Shown here piece by piece: positions 37,364-49,850 of a stretch of 64,000 nt of DNA. The notes under the pieces were generated by a model. That model searched no databases. It saw nothing but the letters and a program-made list of their open reading frames with translations, and was not told where the DNA came from. A program made the position numbers and the translations under genes. This stretch comes from Octopus vulgaris (Eukaryota): assembly GCA_951406725.2 (NCBI GenBank), contig OX597814.1:176824001-176888000 (forward strand). The letters are read 5' to 3'. Positions within the stretch are counted from its first letter, which is position 1. Each line of letters starts with the position of its first letter.

Positions 37364-37753
37364 AATTTCTGTAACAAGGCTTTGGTCAATGTGAAACTAT
37401 GTTAGAATTTAACTCAAGGTCAGGCAGTCATAAAACAAATTTCTTAACCACACAACTGTATGTACAGAGTGTGTCAAACTAGACAATGGAAGAAGTCCAC
37501 CAGCCAAGGAAAGATGTAGTTTGAGAGGCCATTGTTTGCTTTACCATATAATATTTCATTACAAAGAAAAATTTTAAAAACTTACCTAGTTCTAAGACAC
37601 AAAGTAACATGCTTCTGAAGTGTTCATATTTAAATTGAAACTATCCTTCATAATTTAATTTATAAGAACTTTTTAAGCTATGTTCTGGCTAAATAATTAA
37701 GTCCTAAATTTTTCATTATTTTCAAATTTATTTGAAAAATATGAGCTCTAATG
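37364..37753 (+). repeat. Local direct duplication, copy 2
   Basis: Matches 34231-34617. Confidence 0.9.
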
Positions 37754-39834
37754 TAATGTTTAGAACCCTATTGGCTTTGAAAATTCTTTCTCCACATACT
37801 GAGTTAGTTGATTAGTAAGAAATGCCAAAAGTGAGTAGATTTACGACTCCTATGTGAAAATTGGTCACATTAGAAAATTCTTCTGTATGGCCAACAAGAG
37901 GAGGGATATCGCGGCAAAAGAAAACCTCTCCTTAGATATAAGGATAAGTTGAAGCAATCACTAAAATCTCAACAGCTTAACCTGACATCTTGGCAACATC
38001 ATTGCCTAGATTGATCTGCATGGCATAAAATGTACCACAACACAACCAAACAATGAGAGTTGAAGAAAAAGAACAATAATACTACATCCCACAACCAACA
38101 GACACACTTGACCAATCCCTGGCAAAAATCAAAATCATCAATGTCCTGATTGCAACTACATAGTAAAATCCATACTTGGACTGAAATTACATTCACGCAT
38201 CCATCATAAACAGATGCAGCTTCTTAGTTTTTTTCTTTTTTTTTTTCTATTACTCTCTTTAATTTTAAGTCCTCTCCTTGAAACACTCATACGTCGAAAA
38301 CAACAGGAGTGACCATTATATGAAAAAAGAAGTGGAAAAGTTTAGTCAAGAGCAAATGGTTCCATGAGAATATAGAAATAGATGTTATAAATACAGACAT
38401 GTAATTTTTACAAACAATTTCTTAAACACACACACATACAAATGCAACTGATATCACAATTTCTAATCTACTCTTATAGTTCCCCATCCCAACATTCTCA
38501 CAAGAGCATAAATGACGCCAATGAAATTCCTTCAACAGGAGGTCAAAGCTAGGCTGCAGAACCATTCCTTTGAGAAAAACATAGTTGAAAACCAAAACAG
38601 AGTGAATGAGAAAGACTGTATGTAGGTGTTTGACCTGACTGGGTGGTCGCTACATGTCTACTTGACTTGCAAAAAATGTTAGCCAAGTTTGTAGTACTTA
38701 GTTAAATTACAAATAGATAAAAAAAAAAGTGCGTTCACTGGATAATATAGTCCTATATTCACTATGAACAACAACAACACAAAGAAAGGGGATGGTCATG
38801 GCTAGAATACTTTTGGTGAAAGGACTGCTTGATCATGGCTCACCTGTGGTTAAACACTAGCAATAAAAACAAAATCATATTTTTTTACGACAAAGTTTGG
38901 CCATGAAAATAAACAACTGCGTACATTACAAATTTGATATTGCCAGATGATGGATGACTTTTGTTAGGAACCACCCCCCAGAGTATAATAACCATTTCTA
39001 ACACAGACAGACACAATGCCACAATATTGGGCAAGGCAGCAGTCGATTAAATCAACATATTTTATCAGCCTTGAATGGAAAGAAGGCAAAATTGAATGGC
39101 ACCAGGCCAAACAATTTTTGTTTTGGAGGAGAAAAAGTAGTTGATTAACCTTTACAGGACTATATTTTTAATGATCAGACTGCCTATGTGTTTCAATTAA
39201 TTTCAAATAGAATCAAGATTTTGTGGGGGTTTAATGATACATCTTTAACTTAGTATACTAGCATATATTATGCCAGTATTAAACTAAAACTTTAACTATT
39301 CATGGTATGAGGTTCTGAGATTTTAATATAAAGGCAGTCTTCGAAATTTGTATGTTTAATTTTTTCTCTCTCCCTGTTCTGTGTGTGGAGATTAAAATAG
39401 TTTTTGTGTGTATGTACAGGGCAGTCTTCAGAATTTGTCTGTTCAAATTGTTCATACTCTTTAGACTTTCTAAAAATCAAAGAGCACAAAAGCCAGACAT
39501 ACAAATCTTAGGGAGTGCCCATAAATACAAACTATTGACTATGAGCTGTCTCAGGTATGCTGGTAGTGCAATAGGTGACTAGATCTTATTTAATCAATAC
39601 TTGAAGGATGAAAGAGCGCACAAACAATACAATGATGTAACTAAACACAAAAAGATAATTTATGTGGTACCATACTGATTTTACCATCCACTGCTAACAC
39701 AGATATAAGGTCCCTTACCTTGCAGTCGACTGTACAGACTCCAGTATTTGACAGGTACTTGTTTCATAAACACAAGAAGGATGAAAGGCAAAGTCTACCA
39801 AGAACTTACAGAATATGAATCCACTGCTATAATA

Positions 39835-40330
39835 CTGTAAATCCTCGAGTATAGTTCGCAGGGGATTTTTACCTCTGAAAAACCTAAACCTTGTGTATAA
39901 TACGCACTCCTTCTCTAACTTAAGTCGTGTGTAATTAAGCCAGCAGCACCTAGTCGAACAAGTACACTTCCACGCATGCGTAATACAGTAATGGTGATGT
40001 TCTTAACTGTTATTTGGGAATGTAAATATGTTTGCAAATTGTTTTTGTTATATGTTATTCTGTGTTCTGAATACTTTGATTTTAATAAATGTTGCTTACT
40101 GCAAGTTGTGGATGATTCTTTTATGACTTCATTACTTTCAGGCTTAGCTTAAGGTATTTTCGTGCCCGACATCAGAAAATGCATCTGAATAAACCTTGCC
40201 GGACAGCAAATAGAGACTCGGACATTGCTTAGAAAATAATTTTCATTTTTAACCTCGTATATAGTACGCACTAGGGATTTGACCTTTAAATTTTGGGAAA
40301 AAAATGCGGATTATACTTGAAGATTTACGG
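39835..40330. mobile_element. pogo-like MITE
   Basis: TA|CTGTAAATCCTCGAGTATA...TATACTTGAAGATTTACGG|TA. A related left-end fragment lies at 62697-62793. Confidence 0.8.
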
Positions 40331-40834
40331 TAGTATTTTTAAAAATTTGACACAAATCTTATTTCTGTAGAAATGTATATAGTTAATTAATTAAACAAAG
40401 ATTGACAGAACCATTATATTGTTATTGATATCACATAGAGGAGGTTGCTTCTTTTCCATTCACCAAAGTGAATGGAACTTTGGCCAGGAAGAACTGATGT
40501 CATCACCCTCCCAATGATGGGTCAGCAGAGGTGGCCATATCACTGTTCATCATCTCCTCTTGGCTTCCAGCATAACTTTTCTCTCTTGCTTCATAGCCAG
40601 TTAGAGGCTCTTTCTGATGCCTCTTCTATCCTGCACTCAGTCACCCTTCACTCATTTCCTTTCATTCCAATGGCTGTAAGCATCTTCCATACCTTCTGGA
40701 CAGGGAATCCCCTACAGCTAACCTTGACTAGGAAAAGCAATGACTGCAATCCCCTCTCCCTGCAATCCAGCAGAAGGATCTCATACTTGGAACACTTCGA
40801 TTTGTGTGTGTGTGTGTGTGTGTGTGTGTACATA

Positions 40835-41096
40835 TGGCTGGCTTCTGTGCCGGTGGCATGTTAAAAGCTCCAACCGATTGTGGCCGATGCCGGACCCACC
40901 TGGCACCTGTGCAGGTGGCATGTAAAAAGCACCCACTACACTCGAGGAGTGGTTGGCGTTAGGAAGGGCATCCAGCTGTAGAAACTCTGCCAGATCAGAC
41001 TGGAGCCTGGTGCAGCCCCTGGCTTTCGAGACCCTGGTCGAACCGTCCAACCCGTGCTGGCACGGAAAACGGACGTTAAACGATGATGATGATGAT
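40835..41096 (+). mobile_element. Family A retroposon
   Basis: Family units, tail and (GAT)n. Confidence 0.85.
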
Positions 41097-41097
41097 A

Positions 41098-41453
41098 CTA
41101 GCAGTATAGCCTAGCGTTGCTCAGGTTTGCTTTCTTTTCGACTCTTTGGAATTGGAATTTTTTGAAAAGTAAAAATTTTGCATTATGCAGCTTTTTATTC
41201 TCTTTAAGTGAACATTTTTCTGGTTGAAATACACTGAAAAATGGCAACACAGCAATCAAAAAATCGTAAAAAACAGAGATTTTCATATGGTCCGATTTGA
41301 AACTTTTCTTCTAAGGAATGAAGAGCAAGCCTTCTTCTATCATACTCTCAATTTTGGTCAACTCAACTTGCACCGAAGGGTCTCAGAGGATATAGTGTTA
41401 GTTGAAGGCTACCAAACTTGCCACACATACACAACTTCAGCTTTATATATATA
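41098..41453 (-). mobile_element. Non-autonomous Helitron
   Basis: Minus strand starts TATATATATAAAGCTGAAG and ends with a decayed hairpin plus ATACTGCTAG|T. Confidence 0.75.
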
Positions 41454-41740
41454 ACCATTGCAAAGGTAAAAAATGAAAACACTTGATTACATTCTTCTAT
41501 TCTTTTGTTTTGAGTGTCATTCTTAGGTTACACTAAGTTTTCAAATCCACTCTGGTATTATGTACAGTACTAAAAAAAGTACAGCCAGCTACCATTTGCA
41601 AGTGATTATAGCTTGGTAACATGTACTGTGCCATTGCAAATTGTTTTAGGTGCCTAAGTAGTTATGGGGATGTAAACAAAATACCAGTTATCAAGCAGTG
41701 GTGGGGAACAAACACAGACACACATGTACACAGATATATA

Positions 41741-42933
41741 TTGGGTCATCCCATAGATAAAGTGTTTTTTTTTAATTGCATGAACTAAAAGTTGGAGGGG
41801 AATGGGATAAACTACCTGCAACAACTTGCTATAAAAGCAGGTAGTAATTTTACCGTATGCTTATTCTTAGTGCAGTTCAATTTTAACAGTTACTTTTTTC
41901 AAGCTACAATGGAAGTGACAAAGGAGCATATTTGGCATATTTTGCTTTATGAGTTCAATAAAAGCAACAATGCAATAGAAAGTGTGAGGAATATTAATGC
42001 AGTATATGGGGATTGGACAATAAGCATAAGCCAGTGTCAATGGTAGTTACAGAAACTTTGAGCTGGAAACAACAGTCTAGAAGATGAGCCTCATTCTGAA
42101 AGATCTGTAGAGCTCAACAAGGATGTCCTATAAACCCTGGTAAAACAAAATCCCATTGTAACTGTTGAAGAACTAGCAGAGAAGCTTGGATTTGGTCATT
42201 CAAGCAGTCATCGACACCTGCGTGCCATCGGAAAAGTCAGCAAATTGGGTCGATGGGTTCCTCACAAACTTTCTGAGAGAGAATGTGTGTTCTATTTTGG
42301 ACCAAATAGTGACTGGTGACAAGAAGTGGGTTCTCTATAAAAATGTCAAGTGCAGAAGACAGTGGGGAGGGAAAGGAGAAACACCAGCATCCCAGGCTAA
42401 AGAAGGTCTTCACCCACGTAAAGTGTTGTTATCTGTTTGGTGAGATATGAAACATTTAGTCCACTTTGAACTTTTAAACCCAAACCAAACAATAACAAAG
42501 GAGATCAACTGTGAGCAGCCTGAGTGGCTTAAGTCTGCACTAGAAGAAAAACGACCATCTTTGGTTTCAGAATGAAAGGTGTTCTTCCATTAGGATAATG
42601 CTCGGCCACATACAGCAAGGATGACATTCCAAAGGTTGGAGCAGATTGAATGCCCCACCCACCATATTCACTGGACATTACCCCACCTGGTTATCACTTA
42701 TTCCACAGTCTTCAAAATCATTTGGACAGAAAAAATATGAATTCTGTAGACGAGGTCAGAACAGTATTGGAGGAGTATTTTCCATCACGGACAAGTGAAT
42801 TTTGTAAGACTACCAGATGGAAGAGCATTGTAGAAAATGACGGAGAGTATATTTTAGACTAAAAAAGAACTTTGTTTATCTTAATTTTGAAAAATAAAGT
42901 ATAAAAAACCGTATTATTTATGGGATAACCTAA
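41741..42933 (+). mobile_element. Mariner transposon, decayed, inserted in a family B SINE
   Basis: TA|TTGGGTCATCCCATAGATAA...TTATTTATGGGATAACCTAA|TA. SINE halves flank it. Confidence 0.92.
41909..42862 (+). pseudogene. Mariner transposase pseudogene
   Basis: MEVTKEHIWHILLYEF, LEDEP, GRWVPHKL, IVTGDKKW, DNARPH, HPPYSLDITP, RWKSIVENDGEYILD, with several stops and deletions. Confidence 0.93.
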
Positions 42934-44745
42934 TACACACACATTAGGATAACCTAATACACTCCCAAATTCATTCAAGGCATTGGTTGTCCTGGGGCTA
43001 CAGTAAAAAACACTTGCCCAAGGTGCCACAAAGTGGAACTGCCCGAAACCATATGGTTGCAAAGTGAACTTCTTAACCATACAGCCATGCCAAAGTACAG
43101 AAACTGTAGAAGAAAACAAATTTAAGGATGGCAGATATAAAAGAAAGAACAGCATGAAGAATTCAATAAAAATCTGAAGGAAAATGGAATAAATAGATAT
43201 CTTAAGGCATAAGCTATGAGAAATAGAAAAATCAAATTCTTTATGTAAGAGCAAACAATGAACCATTCAGTGAAGTGAATATTGAACCATATCACTGTGG
43301 AGAACTGGACAAGTGCCAGTTGTATAACAAAATATTTTGCAGCAGAAACACAAAGTGATAGCTGTTTTAGCAATTATTGTCTCAAAGGCAGACCACCAGT
43401 GCCAAAATGACTAGAATTTCTTCTATACTAAGTATCTCCCATAAGTAGTCCTCAAAATCCATATCACCTAAACTTCAAAGAAAACACAAGGTCACAAAAT
43501 TCAACTTATTTTCTATCAATGAGAGCCTAAATTTTAGAACTTCCAAAAAGAAGACCTTACTGTTTCAGAGTACTCAGACACATATTGTAGGAGCTTATAT
43601 TCACATTCAACCAATGGTCAACGTAGACAATATGTTCTACTTTAAGTTGTAACTAGTAACTGTGCTAATGAAAAGTACATTTCAGAAATTATTGCACTGT
43701 ATTTCTTAGCATTTTTAATACATTTAATAAGTAGGATATAGATATTTGAAGTCATTATTGATGGCATAGTTACACTAGTGTATGAAACAAATATTCTAAT
43801 TTAAAGAGCTTGAGATAGACTTCTTGAGAATTTTAGTAAGGAAATCTGTAATATATCAAGATTTTTGACACCATCAGCTAACACTTAAGATATTTTATAT
43901 GAGAGAGAGAGAGGATAAATAGATTTTAACAGGGTAATTTGGAAGCTAAAATATGACACAGAACAACTAGAAATAATTGTACAATCAGACAGGGTCAAGT
44001 TTGTTTATCTAGGGTCCAGAACAGCTAAAAAATAGACAGTATCAGAAAATGTAAATTAAGGATGAAAAAAAATTTTCTGTAAACTTTCATTGTTTCTCTT
44101 AGTATAAAATTGTAGTGAGAAGAAAAATAAAGACATTAAACAATGTAATCCTAGATACACTATGTCTAGAGAAAGCATGGGGACTGTCAAGCTGCAACAT
44201 TTTATCTGTATGCTTAGGGGCCCCATGACGATAACTAATTTCTCTCTAGTACTACATTATACTATGTTTTGAGATATGTTCACTCCTTCACCTCCAACAT
44301 TTTTCTAACAATTAATTACCAACAACTGCTAATTCAAGTTATATATTAATTACACTGAACACATGAAGGAACTTTTCTATCTTTTACTAACAAGCTAAGG
44401 AAAGTGAATAGAATACCTTTCTGAAACATACAAGAAGTAAATAACAATATGTAAAGTTCAGAACTAATAATTTTATATTACAATTAATTAACTAGGAAAT
44501 AGTAAAGATCAATCATGAAAACATGCCTGATTACTAATGATAAATTATCCAAATAATGGGACGTGCTGTTAGGAAATGAACCAAAATATATTTAGTGCTT
44601 AGTTATGGAAATTTAAACCATCAGCTTCGTGTCTGTCTCCTGCGTTTAATACTGACATATAATACAAAGAGTGAGCATTATAAGCACCAATTGAGACAGA
44701 CAGACACACACAAAAATTAACTGTAAATCTATCACTTGTTACTCA

Positions 44746-44978
44746 TAAGGTGGTGAGCTGGCAGAAACGTTAGCACTCCGGGCGAAATGTGTAGCCGTAT
44801 TTCGTCTGCCGCTACATTCTGACTCAAATTCCGCCGAGGTCGACTTTGCCTTTCATCCTTTCGGGGTCGATAAATTAAGTACCAGTTACACACTGGGGTC
44901 AATGTAATCGACTTAATCCGTTTGTCTGTCCTTGTTTGACTCCTCTGTGTTTAGCCCCTTATGGATAGTAAAGAAATA
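44746..44978 (+). mobile_element. SINE family C, full length
   Basis: 16-bp TSD TATCACTTGTTACTCA. Confidence 0.9.
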
Positions 44979-45747
44979 TATCACTTGTTACTCAATCATG
45001 TTATCGGTTATACAAAAGAGCACCTGATAATTCTTCTTAAATTCATCATCATTATTTAATGTCCAATTTTTTGTTGAGAATGGTTTTCTATAACCAGATA
45101 CCCTTCCTGTTGCCAACCCTTAAGCGTTTCTGAACAAGATAATATTTCTCCATGGTTAGCCATGTTTTCTGTGTAAGACTGGAAATGAACACCACTTGTA
45201 TTATGGTGATGCTCATTTACAATCAACGCATAATGTCATGACAAGGGTACACAGAATCAAACACACACACACATTGGGCTTCTTTCAATTTCCCCTAAAC
45301 CAAATCCACTTTGGGTCAGCCTGGGGCAAAAGTAGAAGACACTTACCCAAAGTGCTGCACAGTAGGACTGAACCCAAAACTACTTGGTTGAGAAACAAGC
45401 TTCTTGACCACACAGCTACACCTGTGCCTAAACTATGTACTATAAATACATTTTTTGGGGCTATTTTACCTTTATAATTTTAGCTCCACAAAATAATTCA
45501 TCTCCCACTTTGTGCTGGTATGATAAGTAAGCTAACTTATCTAATGCCAAATATAGAGATGACTAACTTCATTTCAATGTTTGTGATGAGGAAGAAGCTC
45601 ACAAATCAGATATTATAATCAACTGTAAAGGTTTTTAAATGCTTGTACATTATAACACCAAATTTGAGAGACAAAAAAGAGCAACAGGAGCAGTGAAACA
45701 ACTGTTGCTCCTATTCTCTCTCAACTGCTGCTTATAATACCTCATGT

Positions 45748-45749
<2 letters not shown>

Positions 45750-45805
<56 letters not shown>
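45750..45805. repeat. (TG)n microsatellite
   Basis: Directly visible. Confidence 0.95.
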
Positions 45806-45807
<2 letters not shown>

Positions 45808-45829
45808 ACCCTTCTGTCCGAGTCAGACG

Positions 45830-46015
45830 TCATGATAGATTGTTAGCCACTACACACATTTTTTTCTTTCCTTGTTTTTTTCTGTGTCCCTTTCTGCAGA
45901 AGAGTGTAGGCTCGAAATGTAAAAGACTTTTTCTATTCCTGAGCGTTATACTAATACATCTGTTTGTTTTGTACACCACCTGTCTTCGTCTTTTGTTTTT
46001 TTTGTAAACTCTCCC
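45830..46015 (+). mobile_element. Penelope-like terminal-repeat fragment with hammerhead-like motif at 45890-45925
   Basis: CUUU-CUGCAGA-A-GAGU-GUAG-GCUC-GAAA-U-GUA-AAAG. Near-identical inverted copy at 63730-63916. Confidence 0.6.
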
Positions 46016-46676
46016 TATATATATATATATATATATATATAGTTAAACGACGATGATGATGATATATATAAAATTTAATAAATTTATTAGGTTGGACAGC
46101 ATTAGAATTAGCAACTATTTTAGGCTTTGACTTAAGTCTAATTTAAACAATAGATTTTGCTATAATTAACATGAAATACATATGGATGACATATGTCAGA
46201 AAAAAGCAAGCAAAAATGCTGAGTTGGTAGCAAGCAGTAACCAAGATACGTTGCAGACAAGGAAGACTTTGGATGAGATGCTGTACTTCAAGTCCAGTTT
46301 ACAAAATAACAGATGAATTAGCAAATAAATTAGATTTTAATAAAATGCTTTATATTCATAGAAAATATTTAATCTAATGTAGCACAAATAGATGTGACTG
46401 AAAACTAGTGAGCAAGAAGATAGCTTAAAAACATCAGTATGTCTATTGTGTTGTGCTCCTAGATAACATACATAATTACTAAAGGCATTAAGGGAAAACT
46501 GCTATGCAGGCAGTCAATTTGCTAAATGTAGCAGCCAAACCACTCAAATTCCATCCAAGTATTTTTTTTTTTAAAAAAGGAAAGGACACATTGAATATTG
46601 TCCTATGTATATAAAAAAGTCAGAATGGTCAATGTTGGAATGCTTATGATCATATGCTCAATCAGGGATCACTTAA

Positions 46677-46887
46677 CCCTTTAGATACCAACCCGGCTCT
46701 GGCTCTGTAATACAAATGTCTTGTTTTCATAAGTTTTGAATTAGAATCTTCCACCAAACTTTAGTGACAATTTATGTTCCTAACACTGGCTGAATGATAA
46801 CTAAGTTATTTTACTAAATTCCTTGTTATATTTTAAGTAATTGAAAGAAACACAGAGCATCTCAAAATAAATACAGTAACGAATGGG
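46677..46887. mobile_element. piggyBac-type MITE, uninterrupted copy
   Basis: TTAA|CCCT...TGGG|TTAA; same family as 7711-8740. Confidence 0.85.
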
Positions 46888-47087
46888 TTAAACTGAATCA
46901 ACAATAGCTAAATGGTTTGCCGTAATTAAAGATGTTCTTTTGAAATCAAGTGAACTCTATCCCCAACAAACTCCAATCCTTCCATGGAAGAATTGCAAAA
47001 TCTAAATTAATGTAAATCAAGAAAAAGAAAGTTAAAAATTTTTGTTTGTCATACAAGCAGTGAAATGCTTCCTTACACTCACAGCTA

Positions 47088-47305
47088 CAAGGGTGTGCTG
47101 AAAGGTTGCTGGCTTTAAGGGTGTCATAAAAAACCTGGTTGGAGGCCCAACCTTCTGGGTTCTTTTACAGAGCTTAGGAAAACCAAAGGACCACTACAAT
47201 AAGCATGTGAATCTGAGAGGGGAATATACTCAATAAAATCATAATTAACTGATCTTGTATTTTCTTTTACCCAAAGCCAGGAACTTTTCAGTATACCACC
47301 CCTCG
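47088..47305 (+). mobile_element. Mariner-derived MITE
   Basis: TA-flanked with imperfect C(G/A)AGGG..TGCTGAAA.GTT TIRs. Retains the transposase-end remnant VNLRGEY. Confidence 0.7.
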
Positions 47306-47421
47306 TATGCATGTGTGTATGTATGTATGTATGTGTGTGTGTATATTTATTTATTTATTCCATCTCCGTCCAACCCGTGCTAGCACGGAAAACGGACATT
47401 AAACGATGATGATCACTTGTA

Positions 47422-47613
47422 TGAGGAGGTGCTGAAAAGTTCCAGGCTTTGGGTAGAAGGAAGTACAGGAGGATCAGTTAATAATGAAAAACTGAAGGAC
47501 CACTGTGATAATTGTGTGAATCTGAGAGGGGAATATGTTGAATAAAATCATAATTAACTGATCCTCCTGTACTTTCCTTCACCCAAAGCCAGAAGCTTTT
47601 CAGCGCCCACTCA
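47422..47613 (+). mobile_element. Mariner-derived MITE with long TIRs
   Basis: Inverted arms of ~65 bp. The centre encodes KLKDHCDNCVNLRGEYVE*. Confidence 0.8.
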
Positions 47614-48767
47614 TACATGTGACAAAATGAAGACTCATACTATAAGACTCTGCTGCAACATTACAAAGAATGGTTAATTTGGTAGTGGAGATTTCATTTA
47701 GCAGTGCTAATTTGGCAATCAAGCTAAACAATTTCCCTTTCTCTCATGGGAAGATTTTTGTAAAGAAGGTGCTTCAGACAAATAATGGAAATAAACTGCT
47801 TCCAATCAGCTTATACAAAAGATTTCCTAATTTACTGAGAAGAAGATAATGTATACATTAACTGACACATTAATAATGATCAATGTGACCACATTACTTC
47901 AAGTAGAGACCGTTTTGCGCAGTTCACACTTAATTCTGTCTACACAACATCATTAATGAAAAAATATTTAACTTCAGTTACACACCATAATTGAGATTGA
48001 TTCCTCTAATATGAAATTTAATGACATTCAGTAGGAGGGAGAGAGACAGAAAGACAGACAGTGTGTGTGTGTGTGTATGTTTGTGTAGAAAGTATAAACA
48101 AAAGGAAAGAAAAAGCACTCAATACATGTATAGCTTATTCACAGCAGATGCTTCACTGCATTATTACTCCGAGTTTTCCATTTTGTTTCTTTATGAGACA
48201 AGAAAAACAGAAACAAGTTAACCTGGAGTATCACTATAGAATAATGCTTCAGCTTCAAATAATTGTGACTATGGTTTTAGGTTCAGTCCTAAAGTGTGGC
48301 ACTGTGGACAAGTTGTCCACTAATGTAGCTCAGGGTTACTCAAAGCCTTTTGTGTAGATTTGGTAGACAGAAACAGAAAGAAATCCATCATATATAGGCT
48401 CTCCTGTACTTCTCAGTGTATTCGGCAGCAAGCTTCTTCCACTGGGTTTGGTTGGTTGCTACTCTTGCATGTCCATTTCATGTAATGTTGATTGTCTTCA
48501 GGTCATCTTCAAATGTCTGCTGTCAAGTGATCTTTAGCTTGCCCTCTTTTACACTTACCAACAGGAGGTACTCATGTCATGGCTGTTGGTCAGCTAGACA
48601 GAAAATGTGGCCAATCAGGTGGAATTTATATTCTGCTATAATCTCTTGCAGGGCTCTTTGATTTACTCTTCTCAGAAGCTCTTTTGTGACAGGGTCTCAC
48701 TACTTAACCTTTCCTGTGACATGATCTCACTACTTGACCCTTCTTGTAACCAACCCACACTTGTTTC

Positions 48768-49082
48768 TCATCATCATCGTTTAACGTCCGTCTTCCGTGC
48801 TAGCACAGGTTGGATGGTTCGACCAGGATCGGGGAAACCAGGAGGCTGCCCCAGGCTCCAGTCTGATCTGGCAGTGTTTCTACAGCTGGATGCCCTTCCT
48901 AACGCCAACCACTCTGTGAGTGTAATGGGTGCTTTTTACGTGCCACCGGCAAAGGTGCCAGGGGAGGCTGGCAACGGCCACAATCGATTGGTGCTTTTTA
49001 CGTTCCACCGGCACAGAAGCCAGTCAAGGTGGCGCTGGCATCGGCCATGTTTGGATGGTGCTTTTTACGTGCCACCGGCACG
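48768..49082 (-). mobile_element. Family A retroposon
   Basis: Reverse complement of the family units and tail. It explains the 212-aa spurious ORF. Confidence 0.85.
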
Positions 49083-49850
49083 TGAATTAATATTCCCTTA
49101 TGAAAAGGACATGTTTTCTCAGAAGACTGGAAACGTAAGACATTATTTGCATGGCAGTGACATTTGTTTACAACCATTGCATAAAGTCAAGACAAGGAAA
49201 CAACAACACAAACACCTATGTGTATGTATGCATGTATATACATGAAGAGCTTACTTGCAAAACCAGATATATGCATCAGAATGACTTTTAAGTAGTTGCT
49301 TAAAACAACCACCTGAATATATCTGGTTTTGATTGGAAGACTAAGATTCACCTACTGTCTATATGGCATCTATCCCAGTTTGACTGAAAAAAATTTCACG
49401 TGTGTGAAGCCAGTAGTTTGCAGATTGTGTTTTAATGGTTATCATGAAATCGACCAAATATGCACTTACACTGGTTTTGAAAGTAAGCTCCTCATTAGAT
49501 GTGGAGGTGTATGGCTCAGTGGTTAGAGTGTTGGGCTTACTATCATAAGGTTGTGAGTTTAACTCCTGGCCCATGCTGAGTGTTGTGTTCTTGAGTGCAA
49601 AATTTATTTTGCATTGTTTCAGTTCATTCAGCTGTAGAAATGAGTTGTGACATCACTGATCTCAAACTGTATAGCCCTTTGCCTTTGGTAGCATGGAGAA
49701 GGGAGATTGGTATGCATGGGTGACCGCTGGTTCTCTACAAACAACCTTGCTTTGGCTTGTGCCTCAGAGGGAAACTTTACAGGTGCAATCCTATGGTCAT
49801 TTGTTACTAAAGGAGGATTTTACACACACACACATCTATATGTATATATA

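Noticed and set aside
48607-49245. 212-aa ORF, and similar ORFs at 61101-61559, 57070-57486 and 5493-5885
   Set aside because: Chance read-through of SINE or retroposon sequence. The same peptides recur wherever the repeat does.
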